NCBI GenBank assembly: GCA_963675755.2
Contig: CAXXMD010000002.1
Coordinates: 2,272,001 to 2,336,000, forward strand
Reading direction: 5' to 3'
From: a bacterium
GTDB taxonomy: Bacteria; Zhuqueibacterota; Zhuqueibacteria; Residuimicrobiales; Krinioviventaceae
Length of the DNA stretch: 64,000 nt
Every line of letters starts with the position of its first letter. The stretch's first letter is position 1. Below, one piece after another: positions 1 through 9,630 of the stretch. Both the position numbers and the translations under genes were made by a program. The notes under the pieces were generated by a model. The model had not been told where the DNA came from, ran no database searches, and saw only the letters and a program-made list of their open reading frames with translations.

Positions 1-1
1 T

Positions 2-544
2 TTCTCCAGCAAAAACCTAAGCACACTACAAAGCGGCTTACAATCCCTGATAAAGATTGATTTGGAATTATTAGAACATGGCGGCAACGAAAATCTCATA
101 TCCGGAACATCTACGCTTGCGGAAATAGAAGTGGGCATGAGCCTGATGTATAATATTTGGGACGAGGTGTATTACATTACCGATCAAAACAACAGGCGTT
201 CCTTTTCAACTTTGGATGATTTTATTAAAAATGCGTCTACAATCCAAAATCTGCCGCTATTAAATCAAGCTTTACTAAAATCTAATGCACGCTATTCAGT
301 CAGAATAATGGTACAATTCTTTCCCATTTCTGAACAACAAAAAGACAAAGTTGAAGCCTGGTTAAGAAATCCCAATAAAACCAAATATACGCTGGCTTCC
401 GATGAAAGAGCAAACCGTTTTCAACTCACATCAGGAAAAATGGTTTCACTTTTCCTGGGAGGCAAAAGCAGACCCAAAAACAGTTCAAAATGGTTTTCAT
501 CCGATGTTTTTAATATCACTCAATTAACAGGGCAAAATCAATGA
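2..544 (+). CDS. DUF4390-like periplasmic protein, 5'-truncated by window edge
   Basis: Frame is open from base 2 (FSSKNLSTLQSGLQSLIKIDLELLE...), so the TTG at 62 is probably not the true start. YNIWDEVY motif and 4-bp overlap with a HAMP kinase fit the DUF4390-ntrY arrangement. Confidence 0.6.
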   Translation, partial: FSSKNLSTLQSGLQSLIKIDLELLEHGGNENLISGTSTLAEIEVGMSLMYNIWDEVYYITDQNNRRSFSTLDDFIKNASTIQNLPLLNQALLKSNARYSVRIMVQFFPISEQQKDKVEAWLRNPNKTKYTLASDERANRFQLTSGKMVSLFLGGKSRPKNSSKWFSSDVFNITQLTGQNQ

Positions 545-2361
545 TTCATATCCGTGTAAAATTTATACTGATCCTTCTGTTTTCCATACTGTTACCAATA
601 GCACCATCCTATTTCCTGGTAAATGGATTGATAAAACAAGGACTGGAAATCGGATTAAACAAAAACGTTGAAACCGCGCTCGAAAACGCCTCTGATTTTT
701 CAAAACAATTATATGCAAAGCACAAACAGGAAACAGGCAATTTACTTGAAGAATTAAAATCGGTTCATGTCATCACTCAACTCACACAAAACAGACTGAA
801 CGACCAACAAATCGAAAAATTAAAATTATTTGACATTTATCAGTTAAACCTGTACAACCGTAAATCTGAAATCATTACAGAATATACCATATCCAAGACC
901 GATTCTCTTCCACTTCCCAAACCCTCACCATTGGATATTGACAATTTCATCAAAGAAAACAAAAATGGTTTTTACAATGTGAGTGATCCCCGATTTATCA
1001 TAGCCTACGCACCTGTAAAATTGAATAACGGGGCCGGTCTTTTGGTAGCAACACGAGTAATGCCGCAAAGTTTTGCCCAATCGGCAAGACATATTGTTGA
1101 AGTAAATCAAATGTTTAAACGACTCGATTTTATCAGCAACGATATCAAACGCGGACTTTTGTTGACATACCTGACCGTATATTTACCAATCACCATTCTT
1201 TCTTTGATTGTGGGTTACAACTTTACCCGCCGCATTACGTCTCCACTGCTCGAGCTTGTTAAAGGTACACAAATTGTTGCAGCAGGTAATTGGGATTACC
1301 GTGTAAAGGTTACTTCAAGAGATGAAGTGGGGCAGCTTGAAGAAGCGTTCAACTCTATGATACAGACCATCAAAGAAAAGCAGAGACAGGCCAAAGAGCA
1401 GGAAGAACAGCGGTTAAAGATTGAAGAAGAAAACCTGCGCAAAACCCGTATTCTTGAACTTTCCCGATTAAAGTCCAAAGCCTTGGTTGAAGAGAACAAA
1501 CGCAAAACCCTTGAACTGGAAAAAGCTCAGGAACTGGAAAAAGCATACAAAGCCCTTGAAGATTCGCACCGTGAACTTCGGGAGACTCAGGCACAACTCA
1601 TCCAATCCGGCAAAATGGCATCTTTGGGTAATCTTGCAGCCGGAGTTGCTCATGAAATCAATAATCCCCTGGGTGCAATTCATAGTGCCGCAGATGTTTC
1701 ACAGCGTGCAATTCATCGAATACTCCCCATGCTTGAATCTGGTGAATCCCTTGCCGAAATTATGGCAAGCAAATCCTTTAATCAATCAGTAGATATTCTC
1801 AAAGGCAATACCCAACTCATTCTCGAAGCCAGCAACCGGGTTGTTACAATTATTAAAAGTCTGAAAACATTTGCCCGCCTTGACGAAGCGGATTTTAAAA
1901 ATGCAGATATCCATGAAGGGCTTGATAGTACATTAATGCTGCTGCATCATGAAATGAAGAACCATATAACCGTTGAAAAAGACTATGGCGACCTTCCCCT
2001 TGTTCCCTGCTACCCCAATGAGCTGAACCAGGTTTTCATGAATATACTTGCAAATGCTACACATGCCATCAAAGAGAATGGTACCATACAAATACAAACG
2101 CAAAAAGACGATTTTTGGGTACATATTAAAATCAAAGATAACGGTGTAGGTATTCCGCATGAAAACCTTGCTAAAATTTTTGATCCCGGTTTTACCACCA
2201 AAGGTGTAGGCGTTGGCACCGGATTAGGGCTGTCCATAAGCTACAATATAATAGAAAAACACCATGGTAGAATACGGGTTGAAAGCGAACCCAATAAAGG
2301 CACAGAATTCATGATCGATCTTCCACTGGACAACTCTAAACAGCAAAAGAAAACGAACTAA
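541..2361 (+). CDS. Membrane sensor histidine kinase (2 TM, HAMP, coiled coil, HisKA, HATPase_c)
   Basis: HAMP (PLLELVKGT...DEVGQLEEAFNSM), H-box GVAHEINNPL, N-box NILANATHA, G1 DNGVGI, F box IFDPGFTTK, G2 GTGLGLS. Confidence 0.95.
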   Translation: MIHIRVKFILILLFSILLPIAPSYFLVNGLIKQGLEIGLNKNVETALENASDFSKQLYAKHKQETGNLLEELKSVHVITQLTQNRLNDQQIEKLKLFDIYQLNLYNRKSEIITEYTISKTDSLPLPKPSPLDIDNFIKENKNGFYNVSDPRFIIAYAPVKLNNGAGLLVATRVMPQSFAQSARHIVEVNQMFKRLDFISNDIKRGLLLTYLTVYLPITILSLIVGYNFTRRITSPLLELVKGTQIVAAGNWDYRVKVTSRDEVGQLEEAFNSMIQTIKEKQRQAKEQEEQRLKIEEENLRKTRILELSRLKSKALVEENKRKTLELEKAQELEKAYKALEDSHRELRETQAQLIQSGKMASLGNLAAGVAHEINNPLGAIHSAADVSQRAIHRILPMLESGESLAEIMASKSFNQSVDILKGNTQLILEASNRVVTIIKSLKTFARLDEADFKNADIHEGLDSTLMLLHHEMKNHITVEKDYGDLPLVPCYPNELNQVFMNILANATHAIKENGTIQIQTQKDDFWVHIKIKDNGVGIPHENLAKIFDPGFTTKGVGVGTGLGLSISYNIIEKHHGRIRVESEPNKGTEFMIDLPLDNSKQQKKTN

Positions 2362-2425
2362 TGTTTAATTGATTTCTGCCGATACTTATTAAAGTGAAAA
2401 AGGGTAACAAATGGGAGTGAAAACA

Positions 2426-2809
2426 ATGAACAAAATCTTGATAGTAGATGACCAGGAAGAAATTCAGCAATTGCTTTCTGATGCACTGTCTGATCAGGGT
2501 TACAGTGTAACATGCGAGTCTGATGGCGAAGCTGCTCTGGCAAGACTCCAAAAAGATGACTTTCATGTCTTTTTTCTTGATCTTCAGCTGCCGGGTATAA
2601 ATGGTCTTGATTTGTGCCGCCAAATCCGTAAAGACAAAATTGCAGAATGCATTTATGCCATGACCGGCTTTACTTCGGTTTATGACTTTTTGGAATGCCG
2701 AAAAGCGGGGTTCGATGACTATTTTGTTAAACCCCTGGATATAAGATTGATCCTGAAAGCTGCTGATGAAGGATTTGAGAAATTATTACGCTGGACGAAA
2801 AACATGTAA
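2426..2809 (+). CDS. Single-domain response regulator (receiver)
   Basis: ILIVDD, phospho-Asp in FLDLQLPGING, MTG, FVKP. Start could be 2411 or 2426. Confidence 0.93.
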   Translation: MNKILIVDDQEEIQQLLSDALSDQGYSVTCESDGEAALARLQKDDFHVFFLDLQLPGINGLDLCRQIRKDKIAECIYAMTGFTSVYDFLECRKAGFDDYFVKPLDIRLILKAADEGFEKLLRWTKNM

Positions 2810-3449
2810 GCCTGTAATTCCCATTGTAATTACATGGTTACTGGTTCTTTTCTCCAGTTGTACAAAAACAGAAAAAAATATTCAACCACAATTTAATATA
2901 TCTATGCAATCACCTGATCAAATTAAATTGTGGAAACCTGCATATTTCAATACCGGAGACATATCTGTATCAGACAGTTTGATAATGCTGAAATCATCAA
3001 ACAGCTTGACCGGTATTGTATGGCAGGGTGAAATACCAAAAGTCAATTACGAATTCACCTGCCAGGCAATGCGTAAAAAAGGAAATGACTTTTTTGCCGG
3101 AATCTCTTTTCCGGTAAAAGGCAATTTCTGCACATGGATTAATGGTGGATGGGCTGGTTCGATTGTAGGACTGAGTAATGTTGACTGGTCCCCCGCGTCT
3201 GAAAATTTAACAACAACACACTTTGAATTTCAAAATAATAAATGGTATGCATTAAAACTGCGAGTGACTGCAACCCGTGTTACCGCGTGGATTGATAAGG
3301 AGCAGGTTATAGATCTAAATTATACCAATCACTCACTATCTCTGCATTCCTATATGGAAAATTTAAACACGCTGTCGCTGGCAAGCTGGCAGACAACAGC
3401 GTGTTTCAAAGATATAAAACTGATTTCAATACCTACTGACTCTTTATGA
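2766..3449 (+). CDS. DUF1080 / 3-keto-disaccharide hydrolase-like lipoprotein
   Basis: Lipobox-like LFSSC; NYEF..QAMR..GNDFF, GGWAG.IVGLSNVD, WY.LKLRVT...I.AWID pattern. Start uncertain. Confidence 0.65.
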   Translation: MKDLRNYYAGRKTCKPVIPIVITWLLVLFSSCTKTEKNIQPQFNISMQSPDQIKLWKPAYFNTGDISVSDSLIMLKSSNSLTGIVWQGEIPKVNYEFTCQAMRKKGNDFFAGISFPVKGNFCTWINGGWAGSIVGLSNVDWSPASENLTTTHFEFQNNKWYALKLRVTATRVTAWIDKEQVIDLNYTNHSLSLHSYMENLNTLSLASWQTTACFKDIKLISIPTDSL

Positions 3450-4868
3450 CCGTTCAAGCAGTTTTGCCAGCATCTTGTTTGCAACCTTGGGATTGCTCAA
3501 AACATCCGGTCCGGAAATACAGCCACCTTCACAAGCCATCACTTCTACAAAGTTGCAATCGCAGCCAGACTTGGCCATTTTCTTCAACTCGCGCAGGCTC
3601 TTTTTAGTCAAACCATCTACAAGATAATCATGAATTTCCACCTTACCATCAACACCATGCTTGAGAGCATTGGTAACACCACCGCTGGCGGGAAACCCTC
3701 GGCCCTCTCTTGATGGAACGTGTTCAATCTCAGCATCCTCACATTTCTGTACATCAATATCTGCGGCAACAAATAAAGATCCCAGTTCTTCTATGGTTAA
3801 TACGTAATCTACAAAATCATCTTCTATTGCTTCATTACGTTTTGCAACACAGGGTCCAATAAACACGCGTTTTGCATCAGGATATTTCTCTTTTGCGACT
3901 TGACCGGTATAATGCATAGGTGTAGGCGTATCAGAAACATATTTAGCCAACTCGGGAAAATGCTTTTTAACGGATTCTGTATATGCCGGGCAGCAGGAGG
4001 TTGTCATAAATTTTTCGTTATTCTCCATCCGCTCAATAAATTCGGCTGCCTCATGTTCAGCGGTCATATCTGCACCCAGGGCAACTTCTATCACATGATC
4101 AAAGCCCAGTGTTTTTAAGGCACTGACTATTTTTTCCAGTTCTGCGGAAAACTGTCCAACTATGGCAGGCGCTATCATGGCGATCATTTTTTGTTCAGAT
4201 AACAAAAGTTTTAATACATCAACCAACTGAGAACGCTCCATAATGGCACCAAACGGGCATTCACGCATACATTTCCCACAAAATGTACATTTATCATAAT
4301 CAATCTGCTCTTTACCATCTTCATCTTTGGTAATAGCATCAACCGGGCAGGCTTCCTCACAAGGAACCGGCATATAAATAATAGCATGATATGGACATTC
4401 CTTTAAACATAATCCACAGTTCACACAAAGCTCGGGATCAATTCTGGCCTGTCCATTCACCATTTTAATTGCATTTTTCTTACAATTCATCATACAGGGA
4501 CGCGCCATACATCCCTGGCATGCATTGGTAACAAAATAACTGGTTTGAACACAGGCACTACAAGCCTCGTCAATTACCGTCAAAATAGGATTTTCAATTT
4601 CATCCCGGTTCATGGCGTCATTCGCATAAGCAGACAAAGTCTTTAACTCGTCTGTTTCTTCTTCCACCCGATGCCCCATAAGTGCCATCAGGCGGTATTT
4701 TATTACAGCCCTGTCTTTATGAATACAACAACGCACAGATTTACTGCGTTTGGGAAACATTTCAAGAGGTATTCTGTTTATATTTTCAATATTGCCTGCC
4801 ATAATTAATTTGGCAAGCTTTATCATCAGGTCGCGCCTTATAAGCGTAGCATTGTTCACATAATTCAT
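3444..4868 (-). CDS. Monomeric [FeFe]-hydrogenase with 4Fe-4S domains (HfsD-like, group B type)
   Basis: H-cluster motifs TTSCCPAY, GPCVAKRNE, EVMACEGGCISG plus several CxxCxxCxxxCP ferredoxin motifs. Start taken at MNYVNN (4868) to avoid overlap with upstream gene. Confidence 0.92.
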   Translation of the reverse strand: MNYVNNATLIRRDLMIKLAKLIMAGNIENINRIPLEMFPKRSKSVRCCIHKDRAVIKYRLMALMGHRVEEETDELKTLSAYANDAMNRDEIENPILTVIDEACSACVQTSYFVTNACQGCMARPCMMNCKKNAIKMVNGQARIDPELCVNCGLCLKECPYHAIIYMPVPCEEACPVDAITKDEDGKEQIDYDKCTFCGKCMRECPFGAIMERSQLVDVLKLLLSEQKMIAMIAPAIVGQFSAELEKIVSALKTLGFDHVIEVALGADMTAEHEAAEFIERMENNEKFMTTSCCPAYTESVKKHFPELAKYVSDTPTPMHYTGQVAKEKYPDAKRVFIGPCVAKRNEAIEDDFVDYVLTIEELGSLFVAADIDVQKCEDAEIEHVPSREGRGFPASGGVTNALKHGVDGKVEIHDYLVDGLTKKSLRELKKMAKSGCDCNFVEVMACEGGCISGPDVLSNPKVANKMLAKLLERS

Positions 4869-4878
4869 AATTATATCC

Positions 4879-5136
4879 TTATTCCTTTTCAAAAAGCCGG
4901 GTAATATAATCAATCACTTTGGGAATATTGGCCTCACTGATCACATGCCCATTTACCACGACAAAAGGTGATTTTCCTTTTTCAAGGTCTTTACAATAAT
5001 CTAAACAACCGGCACCTTCAATTTCAACACGGTCCGCATACATTTCCGGCAAATGATCATCCAGAGTCAGCAATTCCGAACCTCCCATCACAAAACAGGC
5101 TGTTCCCGTACAAATTACAACTTTGATCTTTTCCAT
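4879..5136 (-). CDS. Thioredoxin-like [2Fe-2S] ferredoxin (NuoE/HfsA-like)
   Basis: CTGTAC...GCLDYC cysteine pattern; inside hydrogenase operon. Confidence 0.85.
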   Translation of the reverse strand: MEKIKVVICTGTACFVMGGSELLTLDDHLPEMYADRVEIEGAGCLDYCKDLEKGKSPFVVVNGHVISEANIPKVIDYITRLFEKE

Positions 5137-5149
5137 AGTTCCTCTTCTC

Positions 5150-6334
5150 TTAGATAAATTGCAGCCGGGTTTCTTTTAAATGCTTTTCTTCCAGCAGCTT
5201 GCGTATTTGTTTAATAATATTACGGCGGATCTCAAGTTCAACCGGCACATTAGGGTCTTGATGCGCATCGTTTATCTTGGTTCCCACTACAAAATGAATA
5301 ATGTCACTATTTAAAAACAGGTCAACCAAACGTGTGGCGCCATTGGGTTGAACCGGGTTCGGATGCAGGTCTTTTTCCAGCAATTCAGTCACTTTTGCCA
5401 TAGTAATAGTACCCTCTGTTACAAGATCCACTCCCTCCATCTCTGACGTGGGAGGCACATCCGGGGAAATATCTTTCAAGTTCACCTTGACATTTCTGTC
5501 CAGCTCGCGTGAAAGAATTTTGGTTGTAGTACCGCCACAAATCACTTTTTTACCGCTAAACGAATTCATAATTTCTGCAAGCTCTTTATCCTTTTTCGGA
5601 TCAATGGGCGGTCCGGTCATAACCAACAACTCGCGTGGCTCACGTACATGGATTACACCACAGGTAATATCATCCGATGCCTTGTATTGGTCATTAGCAT
5701 ATGCTTTTTGAACGATACGATTCGCCAGATCCCTTGCAGAAATCTCTATATCCTTTTCAAACAATCCGCCAATAAATTCCTGTACTGCTTTTTCGCCCCA
5801 TCCCAATGGATACGGTCGCGTTCCCATTCCAGACTGGGTTACACCATCTGAGAACAGGATAATACAGTCACCCATCTCTGCCTGAAAATTGGAAAAATGC
5901 AAGAAATCCTTTTTATGTTCACGTTCTCCCAACTCGATGGTTGATTTGCCTACCGGCATTATTTTATTGTCACGCACAAGGATAAAAGACGGATTATCAT
6001 ACTCTACAATTCGCGTCTGCATGCTTTCATCAATATCCACAATAGAAAATGTGGAATAACTGATCTTGCGTGTTTTACAGACAGGCAGGGTTTTCATAAT
6101 AACCTGTGCGGTCTTTTCAATATCAAATCGATTTGAAATATAATTCAACGCCATTGTGGTTGTCAAAGTAGATAATACATTGGCCTTGATTCCGCTGCCT
6201 AGCCCGTCAGACAAAACAGAAATAGTTCTCCGCTCTTCTTTGTACTTGCGGGACATGAACGTATCGCCGCCAACAAGCTGGTTTTCTTTGAACTTTTGAT
6301 AATAGTCCACTTCTATAAAAGGTCTTTTAGCCAT
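5150..6334 (-). CDS. SpoIIE/PP2C-family Ser/Thr phosphatase (HfsC-like)
   Basis: GGDTF, LSDGLGSGIKA, FSDGVTQSG, DDITC motifs and C-terminal CGGTT domain typical of hydrogenase-linked phosphatases. Start at MAKRPF. Confidence 0.9.
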   Translation of the reverse strand: MAKRPFIEVDYYQKFKENQLVGGDTFMSRKYKEERRTISVLSDGLGSGIKANVLSTLTTTMALNYISNRFDIEKTAQVIMKTLPVCKTRKISYSTFSIVDIDESMQTRIVEYDNPSFILVRDNKIMPVGKSTIELGEREHKKDFLHFSNFQAEMGDCIILFSDGVTQSGMGTRPYPLGWGEKAVQEFIGGLFEKDIEISARDLANRIVQKAYANDQYKASDDITCGVIHVREPRELLVMTGPPIDPKKDKELAEIMNSFSGKKVICGGTTTKILSRELDRNVKVNLKDISPDVPPTSEMEGVDLVTEGTITMAKVTELLEKDLHPNPVQPNGATRLVDLFLNSDIIHFVVGTKINDAHQDPNVPVELEIRRNIIKQIRKLLEEKHLKETRLQFI

Positions 6335-8057
6335 TTTCATCTCTTCTAATCGTTGTGTTAGAATAAGAACCAATTATAGAATCTAGAATAACTTCGGTTT
6401 CTGACGCGTTTTCGCCCAGCAGATAGGCTATCTTTTGCACCGTAGAGAGATTGTTTTCAATGACCTGACGGGCACGGTTTATGATCTGTTCTTTTTGTAT
6501 AGCCGGTTCTGTTACATCCTGAAAAATACCGCCAATAATACGATTGGGTTCTATACTGAACAGGGTCAAATTGAATATTGAATTCTCGTGCTTAATATCC
6601 AGATTTAGTTTTTCAATGCCATCATCTAAAACATTTTTAAAGTAATGGGTAAAAGGGATTATTTTTTCAAGACTTGCACCTTCAAGACCGGGTTTGGCAT
6701 CATAAATATCTTCAACATCTTTGCCCAATAATCGCGCAAAATTCTGATTACATTCTACAATTCTCAAATCTTTATCTACAATAACAACACCTGATGGCAT
6801 AGAACTCAACAATGCGTTTGCCTTTTTATGTGCCAGTTTACGCATATAAGAAACACACATGCCTTGTTCGGCTTTACCATCCAGCATGGCAATTGCAAAA
6901 TCCCGGCAGGTATCGTATCCGCAACCACCACAATTCAACTCGTCTTTTTCTTTTACTTTACCCACAGTCAGCAATGCGTCACGAATCAAAAACTCGTCAT
7001 ACTTTTCCTGTGCCTTGCCGCTTATGTTTTGTGGATTATAAATATTCAACTGCGGGCGTTTCGGGATATCTGAAACAGAATACTCTGCATTTTGTAAAAC
7101 GTTATATCGCTTGGTGATAATAGATTTATTGTCAGTAATTTGCGGGCCGTTAACACATCCGCCTTCACAAGCCAGCATTTCAACAAATACACTCTTTTCC
7201 AGTTTCATGGATTTCAAGTCGGTCAAGGCATCTCTTAGATTATCCAGTCCGGAAAATGCCATAAAACAGGCGTCGGCTTGCGCACAGTTTGCCTTGATCC
7301 CTGCCAGCATTCCACCATCAACAGGATACAGGCTGCCCTCTTTGGCATCATTTGGGATAAAATGATCTTCAGGGGTGGGTTCTAGATCAGCTAAAATAAT
7401 TTCTTCTTTCTCAAACCAGGTTTTCAAATTTTCAAAACTGATGGCAACATCCAACAGCTCATTGAATGTATCGGATTCGAATTTTTTAGAAATACAAGGC
7501 CCGGCAAATACAACCGCAATATCATTTCCATAATTTTCTTTTAACAATGTAGCATGGGCCAGCAATGGAGAATGTAATTCTGTTACATTATCAGCAAATT
7601 CAGGATAATATTTTTTAACAAGCTGAACAACCGTAGGGCATGCGGAAGAAAACATTAAACGCGGTTCACTGTTTTCAATTATATCTGCCACATGCGCGGA
7701 TACTTCCTGGGCACCCAATGCCGTTTCAGACACGCCATAAAAGCCCAGTTTCTTGAGACCATGAATCAATTTATCCTTACTTACATCGCTAAACTCGTTA
7801 ATAAAAGATGGAGCAAGAGACAGAATAACTTTATCTTTCATGCTTATCAATCGTTTTACCCGGCCAACATCATCTCTAACCCGTTTTGCGCCAACAGGGC
7901 ACACTTGCACACATTTACCGCACAAAACACACAGCTCTTGAATAACAGAAGCGCTGCCGTTTTCTACCTGAATCGCTTTATTAGAGCAGGCGCGCACACA
8001 TTTATAGCAATCCTGACACTCGGCCTGTTCTGTATATATAGGGAAATAAGGATTCAT
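6327..8057 (-). CDS. hydS: Sensory [FeFe]-hydrogenase with FeS and PAS domains (HydS/HfsB type)
   Basis: 2x4Fe-4S N-terminus; variant H-cluster motifs FSSACP, AGPCISKKFE, EMLACEGGCVNG; LNCGGCGYDTC FeS domain; PAS (MPSGVVIVD...CNQNF). Confidence 0.9.
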   Translation of the reverse strand: MNPYFPIYTEQAECQDCYKCVRACSNKAIQVENGSASVIQELCVLCGKCVQVCPVGAKRVRDDVGRVKRLISMKDKVILSLAPSFINEFSDVSKDKLIHGLKKLGFYGVSETALGAQEVSAHVADIIENSEPRLMFSSACPTVVQLVKKYYPEFADNVTELHSPLLAHATLLKENYGNDIAVVFAGPCISKKFESDTFNELLDVAISFENLKTWFEKEEIILADLEPTPEDHFIPNDAKEGSLYPVDGGMLAGIKANCAQADACFMAFSGLDNLRDALTDLKSMKLEKSVFVEMLACEGGCVNGPQITDNKSIITKRYNVLQNAEYSVSDIPKRPQLNIYNPQNISGKAQEKYDEFLIRDALLTVGKVKEKDELNCGGCGYDTCRDFAIAMLDGKAEQGMCVSYMRKLAHKKANALLSSMPSGVVIVDKDLRIVECNQNFARLLGKDVEDIYDAKPGLEGASLEKIIPFTHYFKNVLDDGIEKLNLDIKHENSIFNLTLFSIEPNRIIGGIFQDVTEPAIQKEQIINRARQVIENNLSTVQKIAYLLGENASETEVILDSIIGSYSNTTIRRDENG

Positions 8058-8061
8058 ATTG

Positions 8062-8316
8062 TCAATCTCTAAAATAATAATTCAAAATATCAATGACAGA
8101 ATTGGGATCCACCTGGGTATATTGATCTTTGTTAATGGTAATATTGGGTCCCGATGTGCACTGTCCTTCACATAAACAACCGCACAATTCTACATTGGCC
8201 TCTATCTGATTTTCCTGCATATAATGTTGTATAATTTCCAGGCTGCGTTTATTTCCTCTGGAATAGCAAGAGCTTCCCATACAGATTCGAATTTCAGTAA
8301 TATTGTCTCTACTCAT
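8062..8316 (-). CDS. Thioredoxin-like [2Fe-2S] ferredoxin (HfsA-like)
   Basis: CMGSSCYSRGN...GCLCEGQC..GP motif; start at MSRDN directly after rex stop. Confidence 0.88.
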   Translation of the reverse strand: MSRDNITEIRICMGSSCYSRGNKRSLEIIQHYMQENQIEANVELCGCLCEGQCTSGPNITINKDQYTQVDPNSVIDILNYYFRD

Positions 8317-8317
8317 T

Positions 8318-8959
8318 TTATCCTCTTTGCGGTCCTTCCGCATTGGCGTTAGAAAAAACGTAAAAGATTACGGTTTCCAACTCCATTTCCAAATCCACGT
8401 GATTTATATAAATATCATCCGGCGCTCGTAATGAGATGGGAGAAAAGTTCATAACACCTTTTATACCCGCGCTTACCAGCAGGTCCAGTGTTTCCTGTGC
8501 TGCCAGAGCAGGCACAGCCAGAATTGCAAGCTTGATCTGGTTTTCACGGATAAATGACTCCATTTCGTCTACTGAATATATCGGCACAGTTGCCTCAGAA
8601 TTCAGTTTATTGTCATCTGCATCAAAAGCAGCAACGATTTTGATATTTTCTTTTTCAAAACCGGTATAGTTTAACAAAGCATTGCCAATATTGCCATTCC
8701 CTACCAAAATTACCGGTTGCACTTTGTCTTTGCACAGCAATGTTTCAATTTCTGCCAAAAGCTCATCTATCTGGTATCCTCCTTTTTTATTGCCGGATAT
8801 ACCAAAAACCGAAAAGTCTTTGCGTACCTGCGCAGGATTCACACCCGCCGCATCGGCAAGATTATCAGAGAACACCTTGACTACCCCTACGGACTTTAGT
8901 CTTTTCAGGGCACTTTTGTAACGTGACAACCGGGTCACACTGTTCTTAAATGCATACAT
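8318..8959 (-). CDS. rex: Redox-sensing transcriptional repressor Rex
   Basis: RLSRY, QVRKDFS.FG..G..K.GY wHTH; GNGNIG Rossmann fold; G..NFSP. Confidence 0.95.
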   Translation of the reverse strand: MYAFKNSVTRLSRYKSALKRLKSVGVVKVFSDNLADAAGVNPAQVRKDFSVFGISGNKKGGYQIDELLAEIETLLCKDKVQPVILVGNGNIGNALLNYTGFEKENIKIVAAFDADDNKLNSEATVPIYSVDEMESFIRENQIKLAILAVPALAAQETLDLLVSAGIKGVMNFSPISLRAPDDIYINHVDLEMELETVIFYVFSNANAEGPQRG

Positions 8960-9013
8960 TTTCCGCCTCCAACAATTAACGGAATAAATTACACAATAAA
9001 TTTTTTATTGTCA

Positions 9014-9043
9014 AGTTTTATGTGAAAAAAATCACATAAAACT
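9014..9043. promoter_or_regulatory. Rex operator abutting the -35 of the rex-hydrogenase promoter
   Basis: Palindrome AGTTTTATGTGA-AAAAAA-TCACATAAAACT; core matches TGTGA-N6-TCACA. Minus-strand TTGACA at 9014-9009 with TAATTT 17 nt downstream (8991-8986). Confidence 0.8.
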
Positions 9044-9191
9044 GCAAAATAATCTTCCCCCCCGAATGGCACCATAGCTCCTTAGATTCGGCTGGATTCT
9101 AATACGAAAATTTTAATTCTTGATATCTATTTCAGGAGAGTAAAACTGTTATTCCCAAAAGGAATAATAGCAGTTTAGTACAATCAAATCA

Positions 9192-9479
9192 TTATTCATT
9201 CAAATCATTAATTCCTTTAGCCAGCTCCATGTCCTTCTCTGTTACTCCCCCCTCGCTGTGTGTGCTCAGTGTAATGGTAACCTGGTTCCAGCTATGCAGC
9301 AAAATATCGGGATGATGATCTTTTTCCTCCGCCAACTCTCCAATCTGGTTAACAAAGGCTAATGCTGTTTTAAAATTCTCGAGTTTGAATGCTTTGGTGA
9401 TAAAAGAATCATGGAATTCCCAGCCGGGCATTTCTTGTATGGCTTTTAATATATGTTTATCTGATAATAACATCTTCAT
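9192..9479 (-). CDS. phhB: Pterin-4-alpha-carbinolamine dehydratase
   Basis: AEEKDHHPDI, LSTHSEGGVTEKD motifs. Confidence 0.92.
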   Translation of the reverse strand: MKMLLSDKHILKAIQEMPGWEFHDSFITKAFKLENFKTALAFVNQIGELAEEKDHHPDILLHSWNQVTITLSTHSEGGVTEKDMELAKGINDLNE

Positions 9480-9630
9480 TTACCTCCTTTATTAAAAATA
9501 ACACAATTCATCTTTTGTCCATTCCGGCTGTCAGAAACAATTCCGTATCCACAGATCAAAGGATAAAAGTGTAAATCCGATTTTTCTTGATTTTCAGTTC
9601 GTGTATCCGTATTATTAACATTGGACACAC

